A stretch of DNA of 64,000 nt from Mobula hypostoma (lineage: Eukaryota). Positions within the stretch are counted from its first letter, which is position 1. The number at the start of each line of letters is the position of its first letter. The notes under the pieces were generated by a model. It saw only the letters and a list, made by a program, of their open reading frames with translations, was not told the origin of the DNA and did not search any database. A program made the translations under genes and the position numbers. This document shows positions 11,740 through 24,700 of this stretch, piece by piece. The stretch covers positions 2,108,001-2,172,000 of the forward strand of contig NC_086098.1 in NCBI RefSeq assembly GCF_963921235.1, given 5' to 3'.

Positions 11740-13215
11740 TGGGTAGGAACTGCATGAGCAAAAAGACCCTGATGGGAATTGTATACAGACCCTCAAACAG
11801 TAGTAAGCATGTGGCCTACAAATTACAACGGGAGATTGAAAATGCATACCAAAAGGGCAGTGTTACAATAGTCATGGGGGACCTTAATATGCAGATAAAT
11901 TGGGAAAATCAGGTTGACGCTGGATTACATGAGGGGGAATTTCTAGAGTGCCCATGAGATGGCTTTTTAGAGCAGCTCATAGTTGAGCCCACTAGATGAT
12001 CAGCTAATCTGCATTGTATGTTGAACAATGAATGAGTATTGATTACAGAGCTTAAAGCAAAGGAACCTTTAGGGGAGGTTGAACATAATATGATTGCATT
12101 CAGCCTGAAATTTGAGAAGGAGAAATTAAAGTCTGATATATCAGTATTATAGTGGAGTAAAGATAGTTACAGACCAATGAGAGAGGAGTTGGCCAGAGTT
12201 GATTGGAAAAGAACACTGGCAGGGATGATGGCAGAGGAGCAATGGATGGAATTTCTGGAAGCAACTTGGAACTGTGGAAGTCATGAGGAGTATGGTGGAA
12301 TTTCTAGGTGTCGGGGGTATGAAGTATGTGAAATTACCATAACTAGTGAGAAGGTTCTTGGGAATCTGAAGGTAGATAAGCCACCTGGATCAGAGTTCTA
12401 AACGATGTGGCTGAAGAGATCATGGAGGCATTATTAATAATGCTTCAAGAATCACCAGATTCTGGAATGGTTCCAGAAGACTGAAAAATTGCAAATGTCA
12501 CTCCACTCTTCAAGAAGAGAGAGAGGCAGAAGAAAGGATGTGGATATTATAGAGAGAGTGCAGAGGAGATTTACAAGGATATTGCCTGGATTGGAAAGAA
12601 TGCCTTATGAGAAAAGGTTGGGTGAACTTGGCCTTTTCTCATTGGAGTGACGGAGGATTAGAAGTGACCTGATGGAGATGTATAAGATGATGAGAGGCAT
12701 CAATCATGAGGATAACCAGAGGCTTTTCCCAAAGCTGAAATGGCTAACATGAGGGGAGATAGTTTTAAGGTGGATGGAAATATGTACAAAGGGCGTGTCA
12801 GGGGTAAGCTTTTCACAGAGAGAGTGGTGGGTGCACTGCCAGCGAAGGTGTTAGAGGTGGAAACAATAGGGTCTTTTAAGAGAATCTTAGGTACACAGAG
12901 CTGAGAAAAATAGAGGGCTATGTGGTAGGGAAATTTAGGAAGCTTCTACAGTAGGTTACGTGGTTAGCACAAGATTGTGGGACAAAGGGCCTGTAATGTG
13001 TTGTAAATTTTCTATGTTTTTATGTTTCTAAAGGAAAATATTGGTCAGTTAGCCTCACCTCAGTTGATAAAATAGGCTATAGTGAGCATGGTATCCTCAA
13101 GGTAAAATCTTGCATGACAAATTGGTTGGAGTTCATTGAAGAAATAATAAGCAGGAAAGACAAAGGTGAATTGGTTGATGTTGTGAACCTGTTGTGAACA
13201 GAAGGCCTTTGACAT
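11740..13215 (+). mobile_element. Degraded CR1 ORF2 with a nested CR1 3' end (12539-13029)
   Basis: APE motifs VYRPSN and VMGDLN; nested piece bounded by aaagga at 12533-12538 and 13030-13035. Confidence 0.8.
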
Positions 13216-14250
13216 ATGACCATAAGGCATAGGAGTAGAATTAGACCATTTGGCTCATTGAGTCTACTCTGCTATTTAATCAGGGCTGATCCTTTTTTTT
13301 CTTCCTCAGCACTCTCCCCGGCTATTTCCCCGTAACCTCTGATGCCGGTGAGTACAGACCCAGAGCTATCAAACGTTCCTCGTATGAAAATCCTTTCATT
13401 CCCGGAATCATCCTTGTGAACATTCCTCTGAACCCTGTCCGTCTTTTCTGAGATAAGCAGTCTAGAACTGCTCACAATACTCAAGGTGAGGCTTCCCCAG
13501 TGTCTTATAAAGCCTCAGCATCACATCCCTGATCTTGCCCATTCTCCTAAACTGTCCCAAAACTTCTGCAGCACACCTGTTTCCTCAACACTACCTGCCT
13601 TTCCTCCAATCTTTATATCATCTGCAAATTTGGTAACATTCCATCATCTAAATCATTGATATACAGCGCATAAAAGAAGCAGTCCCAACACTGACCCCTG
13701 CAGAACACCCCTAGTCACTGGCAGCCAACCAGAAAAGGACCCTTTTATTATCACTTGCCGCCTCCTAGCAATCAGCCATACTAGTAATACCATGGGCTCT
13801 TAACTTGGTAAACAGCCTTCTGCATGGCGCCTTGTCAAAAGTCTTCTGAAAGTCCAAATATACAACAACGACTGCATACACTTTCTTTACCCAACTTGTA
13901 ATCTCATGAAAGAATTCCAACAGATTTGTCAGGCAAAATGTTCCCTTAAGGAAACCTTGCTGACTTGTCCTATCTTGTTCTGTGTCAACAAGTACACCAT
14001 AAACTCACCTTTAACAATTAAATCCAACATCTTCTCAACCACTGTGTTCAGGCTAACTGGTCTATAATTACCTTTCTGCTGCCTTCCTCCTTTCTTAAGC
14101 AGTCATTACTAATGCCTCCACAATCTTTACCACTACCTCTTTCAGAACCCTAGGGTGCAGTTCATCTGGTATGGCTGATTTATGTACCCTTAGGTCTTTC
14201 ATCTTTTTAAGTGGGTCCTGCCTTGTAATAGTAACTGCACTCACTTCTCT
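13215..14250 (-). mobile_element. Degraded, internally deleted CR1
   Basis: cataag tail and RT-region similarity to other minus-strand CR1 copies. Confidence 0.75.
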
Positions 14251-15601
14251 ACATAGAAAACCTACAGCACAATACAGGCCCTTTAGCCCGCAATGCTGTG
14301 CCGAACGTATACTTACTTTAGAAATTACCCAGGGTTACCTATAGCCCTATACTTTTATAAGCTCCATGTACCTATCCAGGAACCTCTTAAAGAACCCTCT
14401 ACAATCCACCTTCACCACATCTCCGGCAGCCCATTCCATGCACTCACCACTCTCTGCATAAAAAAACTTAACGCCGACATCCTTGCAAGTCTCCTCTGCA
14501 CCCTTTCTATAGTTTTCAAATCCTTTCAGTAGTGATAGAGGTGGAAAAAATAGGGTCTACCTCTTGGGTCCTAAACTCAATCCCATGGTTGATGAAGGCC
14601 AACGCGCTGTATGCCTTCTTAACCACAGAGTTAACCTACGCGGCAGCTTTGAGTGTCCTACTGGCATGGACCCCAAGATCCCTCTGATCCTTCACACTGC
14701 CAAGAGTCTCACCATTAATACTATATTCTGCCATCATATTTGACCTACCAAAATGTACCACCTCACACTTATCTGGGTTGAACTCCATCTCCCACTTCTC
14801 AGCCCAGTTTTGCATCCTATCGATGTCCCGCTGTAACCTCTGACAGCCCTCCACACTATCCACAACACCTCAACCTTTGTGTCACCAGCAAATTTACTAA
14901 CCCATCCCTCCACTTCCTCCTCCAGGTCATCATGAAAATCACGAAGAGAAGGGGTCCCAGAACAGATCCCTGAGGCACACCACTAGTCACCAACCTCCAT
15001 GCAGAATATGACCTGTCTATAACCACTCTTCGCCTTCTGTTGGTAAGCCAATTCTGGATCCACAAAGCAAGATCCCCTTAGATCCCATGCCTCCTTACTT
15101 TCTCAATAAGCCTTGCATGGGGTACCTTATCAAATGCCTTGCTGAAATCCATATACACTACATCTACTGCTCTTCCTTCATCAATGTGTTCAGTCACATC
15201 CTCAAAAAATTCAGTCAGGCTCGTAAGGCACAACCTGCCTTTCACAAAGCCATGCTGAGTATTCCTAATCATAGGATGCCTCTCCAAATGTTCATAAATC
15301 CTGCTTCTCAGGATCTTCTCCATCAACTAACCAACCACTGCGTTCACCAGCAACTTTGATGTATGTTGCTTGAATTTCCAGCATCTGCAGAATTCCTGTT
15401 GTTTGCGACTGAATTAAGATTCATTGGTCTATAATTTCCTAGGCTATCTCTGCTTCCTTTCTTGAATAGGAAACAACATCTGCAACCCTCCAATCCTCCA
15501 GAACCTCTCCCATCCCCACTGATGATGCAAAGATCATTGCCAAAGGCTCAGCAATCTCCTACCTCGCCTCACACAGTAGACTAGGGTATGTCTCGTCCGG
15601 T
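14251..15601 (-). mobile_element. CR1 ORF2 RT fragment
   Basis: QHGFVKGR, YMDFSKAFDKVPH and SGVPQGSVLGPLLF in ORFs 14636-15326. Confidence 0.9.
15341..15407 (+). mobile_element. 67-bp Penelope extreme 3' terminus inserted in CR1
   Basis: Reverse complement of 9014-9079; flanked by actg at 15337-15340 and 15408-15411; the CR1 is continuous across it. Confidence 0.85.
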
Positions 15602-16253
15602 ATGCGGCGGAGACGGAGGAATTTCCAACACCTCCCTCCCCTTTCTAGATCTTTCTGTCTCTGTCTCTGGAGACAGCTTATCCACTGATGTCTACTATAA
15701 GCCTACTGACTCTCACAGCTATCTGGACTAATCCTCTTCTCACCCTGTCTCTTGCAAAAACGCCATCCCCTTCTCGCAATTCCTCCGTCTCCGCCGCATC
15801 TGCTCTCAGGATGAGGCTTTTCATTCTAGGACGAGGGAGATGTCTTCCTTTTTTAAAGAAAGGGGCTTCCCTTCCTCCACTATCAACTCTGCTCTTAAAC
15901 ACATCTCCCCCATTTCACGTACATCTGCTCTCACTCCATCCTCCCACCACCCCACTAGGAATAGGGTTCCCCTGCTCCTCACCAACCACCCCACCAGCCT
16001 CCGGGTCCAACATATTATTCTCCGTAACTTCAGCCACCTCCAACGGGATCCCACCACTAAGCACATCTTTCCCTCCACCCCGCTCTGCATTCCGCAGGGA
16101 TCGCTCCCTACGTGACTCCCTTGTCCATTATTCCCCCCAATCCTCCCCACTGATCTCCCTTCTGGCACTTATCCATGTAAGTGGAACAAGTGCTACACAT
16201 GCCCTTACACTTCCTCCCTTACCACCATTCAGGGCCACAAACAGTCCTTCCAG

Positions 16254-16580
16254 GTGAGGCAACACTTCACCTGTGAGTCGACTGGGGTGATATACTGCGT
16301 CCGGTGCTCCCGAGGTGGCCTTTTATATATTGGTGAGACCCGACGCAGACTGGGAGACCGCTTTGCTGAACATCTACGCTCTGTCCGCCATAGAAAGCAG
16401 GATCTCCCAGTGGCCACACATTTTAATTCCGCATCCCATTCCCATTCTGACATGTCTATCCACGGCCTCCTCTACTGTAAAGATGAAGCCACACTCAGGT
16501 TGGAGGAACAACACCTTATATTCCGTCTGGGTAGCCTCCAACCTGATGGCATGAACATCGACTTCTCTAACTTCCGCTAA
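16254..16580 (+). pseudogene. GIY-YIG (Uri) endonuclease domain of the Penelope ORF
   Basis: GVIYCVRCSRGGLLYIGETRRRLGDRFAEH...EEQHLI...PDGMN; upstream part of the ORF is broken and truncated. Confidence 0.9.
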
Positions 16581-16876
16581 GGCCCCACCTCCCCCTCGTA
16601 CCCATCTGTTACTTATTTTTATGCACACATTCTTTCTCTCACTCTCCTTTTTCTCCCTCTGTCCCTCTGAATATACCTCTTGCCCATCCTCTGGGTCCCC
16701 CGCCCCCCCTTGTCTTTCTTCCCGGACCTCCTGTCCCATGATCCTCTCATATCCTCTGTTGCCTATCACCTGTCCAGCTCTCGGCTCTATCCTTCCCCCT
16801 CCTGTCTTCTCCTATCATTTTGCATCTCCCCCTCCCCCTCCAACTTTCAAATCCCTTACTCACTCTTCCTTCAGTT

Positions 16877-16912
16877 AGTCCTGACGAAGGGTCTCGGCCT
16901 GAAACGTCGACT
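16877..16912 (+). ncRNA. Minimal type I hammerhead ribozyme
   Basis: agtc CTGACGA agg gtctcgg cct GAAA cg TC gact; predicted cleavage after C16908 (GUC). Confidence 0.87.
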
Positions 16913-16976
16913 GTACCTCTTCCTACAGATGCTGCCTGGCCTGCTGCGTTCACCAGCAACTTTGATGTGTGTTGCT

Positions 16977-17145
16977 ATGTAAGGAGTTTGTATGTTCTGC
17001 GCTTGAACTGAGTGCTCTGATTTCCTCCCACAGTCCAAAGACATACCAGTTGGTAGGATAATTGGCCATTGTGAGGAAGCGAGGGTTCAGTCAGTGGGTC
17101 GCTGGGCAGTGTGGCTCACCTGGCCAGAAGGGCCTGTCCCCCGAA
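16977..17145 (+). mobile_element. 5'-truncated V-SINE
   Basis: gtaaggagtttgtatgttct...tttcctcccacagtccaaagacatacc. Confidence 0.7.
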
Positions 17146-17967
17146 ACAAATAAATGGACAAATAAATGCTTATTTATTAATTACAGAAATATAAAATTTT
17201 CAATACATTTCATGTTTGCGTTACTTCATGAACATCTCAAATTCAACAAGTTATTCTCTGTCCAGCCTGTGGAGGATCATTCAATCACTGAGAGCGACTT
17301 TGAGATTGCTGCATTATGTGTATGAACATCCAGAGGATGCTGTCATTTGCACAAAGTAATGAGAGTGAACACTGGTAATTTCGCTGTCATTACTATCACA
17401 AAATCCCAGCCATCTATTGTCCATTTATCAATTGTTTCAGGGACAATCCTATTCAGTTGAACTCAGCAGGGGTCTATTCCAAGTTAGACTGGGTAATTCT
17501 TCTCCCAGAAATAAGGAGTAGGGAGTTTGTCAGTTGACACTGTAATGAGGCTCTGCATAATTTGAAAGACCAACATCAAAAATACATTCCTGGTTTTGGA
17601 TACTGGATGGTGCATGGTCAGTGTACGAGTAAGTGGCCACTTTGAAATAACGTGCTTTGCCCTCAGTCAGTAGAACAAATGCAGGGATTCTGTTCGCTTT
17701 AAATTTAGAATGAAAACTCCGTAAAGTAGAGCAGAATAGTAGCTTTACAGCTTTTATATTTTTACATGAAGCCAGTCTCCATCGAGTGAACCTTTGTGGA
17801 CCATGCCACTGTTGTGCATTTTCCACCAGCTCAATGAAAGCACAATCACAGTCAGGTTCATTATCACTGATGTATGGCGTGAAACTTGTTCTGCAGTAGC
17901 AAATTTACCATAAGTTACAATCAGAAATATATAACTAGTGCAAAAAGAGACCAAGATAGTGAAGAAT

Positions 17968-18145
17968 GCACACAAAATGCTGGAGGAACCCAGCAGGCCT
18001 GGCAGGAGCCTTGGAGAATAACCATCAACGCTTTGGCCAGCACCCTTCATCAGGACTGGAAAGGAAGAGGAAAAAAGCCAGAATAAGAAGATGGGGGGAG
18101 CTGGAGGAGACCAAGCTGGCAGGTGGTAGGTCAGACCAGGTGAGG
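17968..18145 (-). mobile_element. Older Penelope-subfamily 3' tail with decayed hammerhead
   Basis: Minus strand cagtc-ctgatga-agggtgctggcc-aaagcg; related to 37728-38088 and 60465-60550. Confidence 0.65.
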
Positions 18146-18186
18146 TAGTGATCATGGGTTCAATAACCTCTCCGGAACCTGATGAA

Positions 18187-18660
18187 AATAGAAATCTACA
18201 GTATATTACCGGCCCTTTGGGCCACAATGTTGTGCTGACCATGTAACCTACTCTAGAAACTGCCTAGAATTTCCCTACCGCATAGCCCTCTATTTTTCTA
18301 AGCTCCATGTACCTATTTAAGAGGCTCTTAAAAGACCCTATCATATCCGCTTCCATCACTATGTTGGCCATTTCAGTCCTGGGAAAAAGCCACTGACTAT
18401 CCACATGATCAATGCCTCTCATCATCTTACACACCTCCATCAGGTCACCTCTCATCCTCCGTTGCTCCAAGGAGAAAAGGCCAAGTTCACTCAACATATT
18501 CTCATAAGGTACTCCCTCCAATTCCGGCAACATCCTTGTAAATCTCTTCTGCACTCTCTCTATAGTACCCACATCCTTCCTGTAGTGAGGTGACCGGAAC
18601 TGAGCACAGTACTCCAGGTGGGTCTGACCAAGGTCTTGTATAGCTGTGACATTGCCTCAC
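18187..18660 (-). mobile_element. CR1 3' fragment
   Basis: ORF 18264..18572 ERVQKRFTRMLP...RRMRGDL. Confidence 0.88.
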
Positions 18661-18984
18661 GGGTGGTAGAAGACAAGAATTTGTTCCAGAAATGATTATT
18701 GTGTACGCTCAGGCTCCCGTACCTCATTCCTGTTGGCAGTAATTAGAAGAGGGGATGTCCTGGTTGGTGCGGATCCCCGAAGCTGGGTGGGATGCCTCTT
18801 TATTGAGGTACAGCTAATGACTCCAGATGTACAGTGTCTCATTTGGTGTTAACATGGCTTCACATTCCAACGATTTAATTGCAAATACTTTGTATTAGGA
18901 TGTTATCAGGCTTTCACACCATGCACAGAGCACAGGACAGGTATGCCCCAGTCAGAGGGCATTGGGAATGTTTGCTTTTATTAG

Positions 18985-19995
18985 TGGAGACACTGAGTTA
19001 AAAAGTCAGGTGGTTATGTTGCAGCTTTATAAAACTACTTAGGCCATATCCCGAGTATTGTTTACAGTTCATGTCTCCCCATTATAGGAAGGAAGTCGAA
19101 TCTTTGGAGAGGGTCCAGAAGAACATTACTAGGATTCTTCCTGGATTAGACAGCATGTGCTGTAATGAGAGGTTGGGCAAATTTGGGTTGTTTCCTCTGG
19201 AGCGGAAGACTCTGAGGGGAGTTCTGGTAGGATTATGAGAGGCATAGAAAGAGTAGACAGGCAGTATCTTATTCCCAGGGTTGAAGTGTCAGAGGGCATG
19301 CATTTAAGGTGAGAGGGGGTAATTTCAAAGGAGCTGTGAGGGGCAAGGTATTTACACACAGAGCAGTGGGTAGCTAGAATGTACTGTCTGGGCTGGTAGT
19401 AGAGGCAGATACATAGTGATGTTGTGAGGATGGAACTGGACTCTCTGACGGTGGTGTCTGAAAAGAGGATGCTGTCCAAGTTGCATGCCATCTTGGGCAA
19501 TGTCTCCCAACCACTAAATAATGTACTGGTTGGGCACAGGAGTACATTCAGCCAGAGACTCATTCCACCGAGATGCAACACAGAGCGTCATAGGAAGTCA
19601 TTCCTGCCTGTGGCCATCAAACTTTACAACTCCTCCCTTGGAGGGTCAGATACCCTGAGCCAATAGGCTGGTCCTGGCCTTATTTCATAATTTACTGGCA
19701 TAATTTACATATTACTATTTAACTATTTATGGTTCTATTACTATTTATTATTTATGGTGCAACTGTAACGAAAACCAATTTCCCCCGGGATCAATAAAGT
19801 ATCACTATGACTATGACTATGACTATCAGGGAATTTTACGAGATATTTAGACAGGCACATGAATGTGAGGGAGATGGAAGGATATGGACACTGTGTTGGC
19901 AGAAGAGATTAGTTTAGTTGGCCGTTTGATTAATAGTTTAACTGGTTCAGCACAACATTGTGGGCTGAAGGGCCTGTTCCTGTGTGGTACTGTTC
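18985..19995 (+). mobile_element. CR1 3' fragment interrupted by a Rex1-like 3' end (about 19417-19826)
   Basis: CR1 C-terminal motifs on both sides; insert encodes TERHRKSFLPVAIKLYN and ends aataaa plus (ctatga)n. Confidence 0.8.
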
Positions 19996-20159
19996 TAAAA
20001 CATGATCCAGCATTTTATCAATTAACATCTACAATGTAAGAACACAATCTTAGAAGATACTCACAAGAAATACAATTTCATAATTGCAATTTAGAACCTC
20101 AATGTAGAGCAAAGGCATCAAAGTAACGTCCAGACTGATTTTTTAAAATTCCAGACTGA

Positions 20160-20401
20160 GCCAGGTAGATGTGGTTCAGTCCATTGCTGGAAAAGCTCTC
20201 CCCATCACTGAGCACATCTACAAGGAGCATCGCCACAGGAAAACAGCATCCATCAACAAGGACCCCACTATCCAGCCATGCTCTCCTCTCACTGCTGCAT
20301 CAGGCAGGAGACACAGGAGCCTCAGGACCCACATCATCTGGTTAAGGAACAGTAACTACCCTACAAACATCAGGCTCTTGAATCAACCTACGGATTCACT
20401 T
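20160..20401 (+). mobile_element. Rex1-like 3' fragment
   Basis: ORF 20171..20425 SINKDP...SGRRHRSLRTH. Confidence 0.7.
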
Positions 20402-20812
20402 AACACACATCAAAGTTGCTGGTGAACGCAGCAGGCCAGGCAGCATTTCTAGGAAGAGGTACAGTCGACATTTCAGGCCGAGACCCTTCGTCAGGACTAA
20501 CTGAAAGAAGAGCTAGTAAGAGATTTGAAAGTGGGAGGGGGAGGGGGAGATCCAAAATAATAGGAGAAGACAGGAGGGGGAGGGATGGAGCCAAGAGCTG
20601 GACAGGTGATAGGCAAAAGGGGTAAGAGAGGATCATGGGACAGGAGGCCCAGGGAGAAGGAAAAGAGGGAGGGGGGGAAAACCCAGAGGATGGGCAAGGG
20701 GTATAGTCAGAGGGACAGAGGGAGAAAAAGGAGAGAGAAAGAAAAAATGTGTGTATATAAATAAATAACGGATAGTGTATGAGGGGGAGGGGGGCATTAG
20801 CGGAAGTTAGAA
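20402..20812 (-). mobile_element. Penelope 3' tail (stop codon to near terminus)
   Basis: Reverse-complement match to about 16564-16973. Confidence 0.9.
20463..20498 (-). ncRNA. Hammerhead ribozyme variant (GAAAUGUC)
   Basis: Same 36-mer as 16877-16912 with one C>T change in the helix III palindrome. Confidence 0.75.
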
Positions 20813-21727
20813 GCGGAATTGGGACCTCTGCTTTTCACGTTGCTGGTCAGTAATTTAGATACTGGAAATGATGGCTCTGTGGCAAAGTTTGCAGATGATA
20901 TGAAGACAGTGGAGGGGTAGGTAGTGCTGAGGAAACAATGTGATTGCAGCAGGACTTGGAAGAACGGGCAAAAACGTGGGAGATGGTATACAATGTTGGG
21001 AAAAGTGCAGACTATTATCTAAATGGGGAGAAGGTTCAAACATCAGAGGTGCAGAGGGACTTAGGAGTCCTTTTGCAAGATTCCAAGAAGGTTAATTTAC
21101 AGGATGACTCTGTGATAAAGATGGCAAATGCAATGTTGGCAATTATTTCAAGGGGAGCAGAATATAAGCACAAAGAAATAATGCTGAGCCTTTATCAGAC
21201 ACTAGTCAGGATGCACTTGGAGCATTGTCAACAGATTTGGTCCCATATCTCAGAAAGGATGTATTGTCATTGGAGATAGTCCAAAGGAGGTTCAAGAGGA
21301 TGATCCCAGGAACGAAGGGGTTAACAGATGAAGAGCGTTTGGCAGCCTTGGGCCTGTACTCACTGGAATTTAGGAGAATGCAGGGCGATCTCATTGAAAC
21401 CTATGTAATGTTGAAAGGATTAGATAGAGTGGATGTGGAGAAAATGTTTCCTATCATGGGGGCATCCAGAACAAGAGGACACAGCTTCAAATTTGAGAGG
21501 TAACCTTTTAGAACAGAGGTAAGGAGGCATTTTTTTAGCCAGAGAATAGTAAATCTGTGAAATGTTCTGCCAAAGATTGCAGTGGAGTCCAGATCTATGG
21601 GTATATTAAAAGCGGAAGTTGATTATTTCCTGATCAGTCAGGGCATTCTGGATCAGCCACAATGGGATAGCAGAGCAAACTCAATGGGCAGAATGGACTA
21701 ATTCTACTCCTATATCTTATGGTCTTT
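20813..21727 (+). mobile_element. CR1 3' fragment
   Basis: ORFs 20944..21279 and 21225..21503; cttatggt tail. Confidence 0.85.
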
Positions 21728-21729
21728 TG

Positions 21730-24700
21730 TTCTTAAAAACCAACAGAAGGCAACTAAAAAAGTAATTAAGAAGGCAAAGATGGAATATGAAAGCAAACTA
21801 GCAATAGTATTAAAGAGAATATGAAAAGTTTCTTCTGATACATAAAGTGTAAAAGAGAGGCGAGAGTTGATATCGGACCACTGGGAAACAATGACGGAGA
21901 AGTACTAATGCAGGACAATTAAATAGGGAACAATATGAAAAAGAATTTTCCATCAGTCTTCATGGTTGAAGACACTAGCAATATGGTGGAAGTTCTAGGT
22001 GTCAGGGGTCATAAAGTGAGTGAATTTACCATAACTAGAAAGAAGGCTCTTGGGAGACTGATAGTTCTGATGGCAGATAAGTCACCTGAAACAGATGGCG
22101 TACAACTCAGAGTTCTGAAAGAGGTGGCTGAAGAGATCGTAGAGGCATTAGTAATGATCTTTCCATAAGACCATAAGACATAGGAACAGAATTAGGCAAT
22201 CTGGCCCATCGTGTCTGTTCCACCGTTCAGTCATGGCTGATCCCTTTTTCTATTTCCTCCTCAACCCCAGTTCCCGGTCTTCTCCTTGTAGCCTTTGATG
22301 CAATGTCGAATCAAGAACCTATCAATCTCTGCCAACGTCCTGGCCTCCACAGCTGCACGTGACAACTAATTCCACAAATTCACCACCTTTTGGCTAAAGA
22401 AATTTTTCCACATCTGTGTTTTGAAAGAGCGCTCCTCTATCCTGAGGCTGTGCCCTCTTGTCTTAGACACTCCCATCATGTTAGAGGTGTATAAGATGAT
22501 GAGAGGCATTGATAGGATAGAGAGGATAGTCAGAGGCTTTTTCCCCAGGGCTGAAATGGCTGACATGAGAGGGCGCAGTTTTAAGGTGCTTGGAAGTAGG
22601 TACAGAGGAGATGTCAGGGGTAAGTTTTTTATGCAAAGAGTGGTGAATGCATGGAATGGGCTGCCAGCAACAGTGCTGGAGTTGGATACGATAGGGTCTT
22701 TAAAGAGACTCCTGGATAGGTACATGGAGCTTAGAAAAATAGAGGGCTATGGGTAACCCTAGGTAATTTCTAAAGTAAGTATACATTTGGCACAGAATTG
22801 TGGACCGAAGGGCCTGTATTGTGCTGTAGGTTTTCTCTCTTTCTATGAGAAGCAACCTTTCCACATCTACTCTGTCTAGGCCTTTCAACATTCAAAAGGT
22901 TTTGAAGATATCCCCCCTCATCGATCTGAATTCCTGCGAGTACAGACCCACAGCCATCAAACATTCTCGTATGATAACCCTTTCATTCCTGGAATCATCC
23001 TTGTGAACCTCCTCTGGACCCTCTCCAATGCCAGCACATCTTTTCTAAGATGAATGGCCCTAAACTATTCACAATACTCAAGATGAGGCCTCACCAGTGC
23101 CTTATAAAGCCTCAGCATCACATCTTTGTTTTTGTATTCCAGGCCTCTTGAAATGAATGCTAACATGGCATTTGCTTTCCTCACTACCGACTCAATCTGC
23201 AAGTTAATCTTTAGGGTGTTCTGCACAAGGACTTCTAAGTCCCTCAGCATCTCAGATTCCTCCATTTTCTCCCTGCTTAGAAAATAGTCTGCACATTTAT
23301 TTCTGCTGCCAAAGTGCATGACAATGCATTTTCCAACATTGTATTTCATTTGCCACTTTCTTGCCCATTCTCCTGATCTGTCTAAGTCCTTCTGCAGCCT
23401 ATCTGTTTCCTCATCATTACCTGCCCCTCCACCAATCTTCGTATCATCTGCAAACTTGGCAACAAAGCCATCTGTTCCAACATCAAAATCATTTATATAC
23501 AGCATAAAAAGCAGTGGTCCCAACACCGACTCCTGCGGAATCTTTCAAGAATCACTAGATTCTGGACTGGTTCTGGAAGACTATAAAATTGCAAATGTCA
23601 CTCCACCCTTCAAGGAGAAAGACAGGCAAAAGAAAGGAAACTATATGCAAGTTAGACTGACCTCAGTGGTTGGGAAGATGTTGGAGTTGATTATTAAGGA
23701 TGAGTTCTCAGGGTAGTTGGAAGCACATAATAAAATAGGCCATAGTCAGCATGGTTTCCTCAAGGGAAAGTCTTTCCTGAGAAATCTGTTGGAACTTTTG
23801 GAAGAAATAACAAGCAGTTTACACAGAGGAGAATTGGTTGATGTTGTGTATTTGGATTTTAGAAAGCCCTTTGACAAGTTGCCACAAATGAGGCTGCTTA
23901 ACAAGCTACGAGCCCGTGGTATTCCAGCAAAGATTCCAACAAGGATAAAGCAGTGGCTGATTGCCAGGAGGCAAAGAGTGGGAATAAAGGGAACATTTTC
24001 TGTCTGGCTGCCAGTGACTAGTGGTGTTCCACAGGGGTGTGTGATTCAACCTATTTTTTTTTACATTATATGGCAATGATTTAGATGTTTAGAAGATATG
24101 AAGATAGGTGGAGGAGCAGGTAGTTTTGTGGAAATAGATAACCTATAGAAGGACTTAGACAGATTAGAAGAATGAGCAAAGAAATGACAGATAGAATACA
24201 GTGCTGGGAATTTAATGGTAATGCACTTTGGAAGCAGTAATGAAAGTGTTGATTATTTTCTAAATGGAGAGAAGATACAAAAAACTGAGGTACAAAGGGA
24301 CTTGGGAGTCATCTACAGGGTTCCCTTCAGGTTAATTTGCAGGTTAACACTGGTGAGGAAGGCAAATGCAATGTTAGTGCTCATTTCAAGAGGACTAATA
24401 TATAAAAGCAAGAATGTCATGTTGAGAATTTATAGGGCACTGGTGAGGTCTCACTTGAAGTATTGTAAGCAGTTTTGGGCCTCTTATCGGAGAAAGGAAG
24501 TGCTAAAACTGCAGAGGGTTCCAAGGAGGTTCATGAAGTATTGAATGGCTTGTAGTATGAAGAGTATTTGATGGCTTTGGGCCTGTATTTGGTAGAATTC
24601 AGAAAAATGATCTGTGTCTTCATTACAACCTAACGAATGGTGAAAAGAACTTGATAGAGTAGATAGGGAGAGGATGTTTCCTATGGTGGGAGAGTGAAAT

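Larger units (their letters stand above)
15602..16976 (+). mobile_element. 5'-truncated Penelope-like retroelement (end of RT, GIY-YIG endonuclease, 3' tail with hammerhead)
   Basis: LSTDVYYKPTD and PFSQFLRLRRICS motifs, GIY-YIG ORF, pyrimidine-rich tail, ribozyme core. Confidence 0.92.

Noticed and set aside
16254..16580. Homing endonuclease or UvrC-like host gene
   Set aside because: It is the C-terminal domain of a broken Penelope ORF and is followed by the Penelope tail
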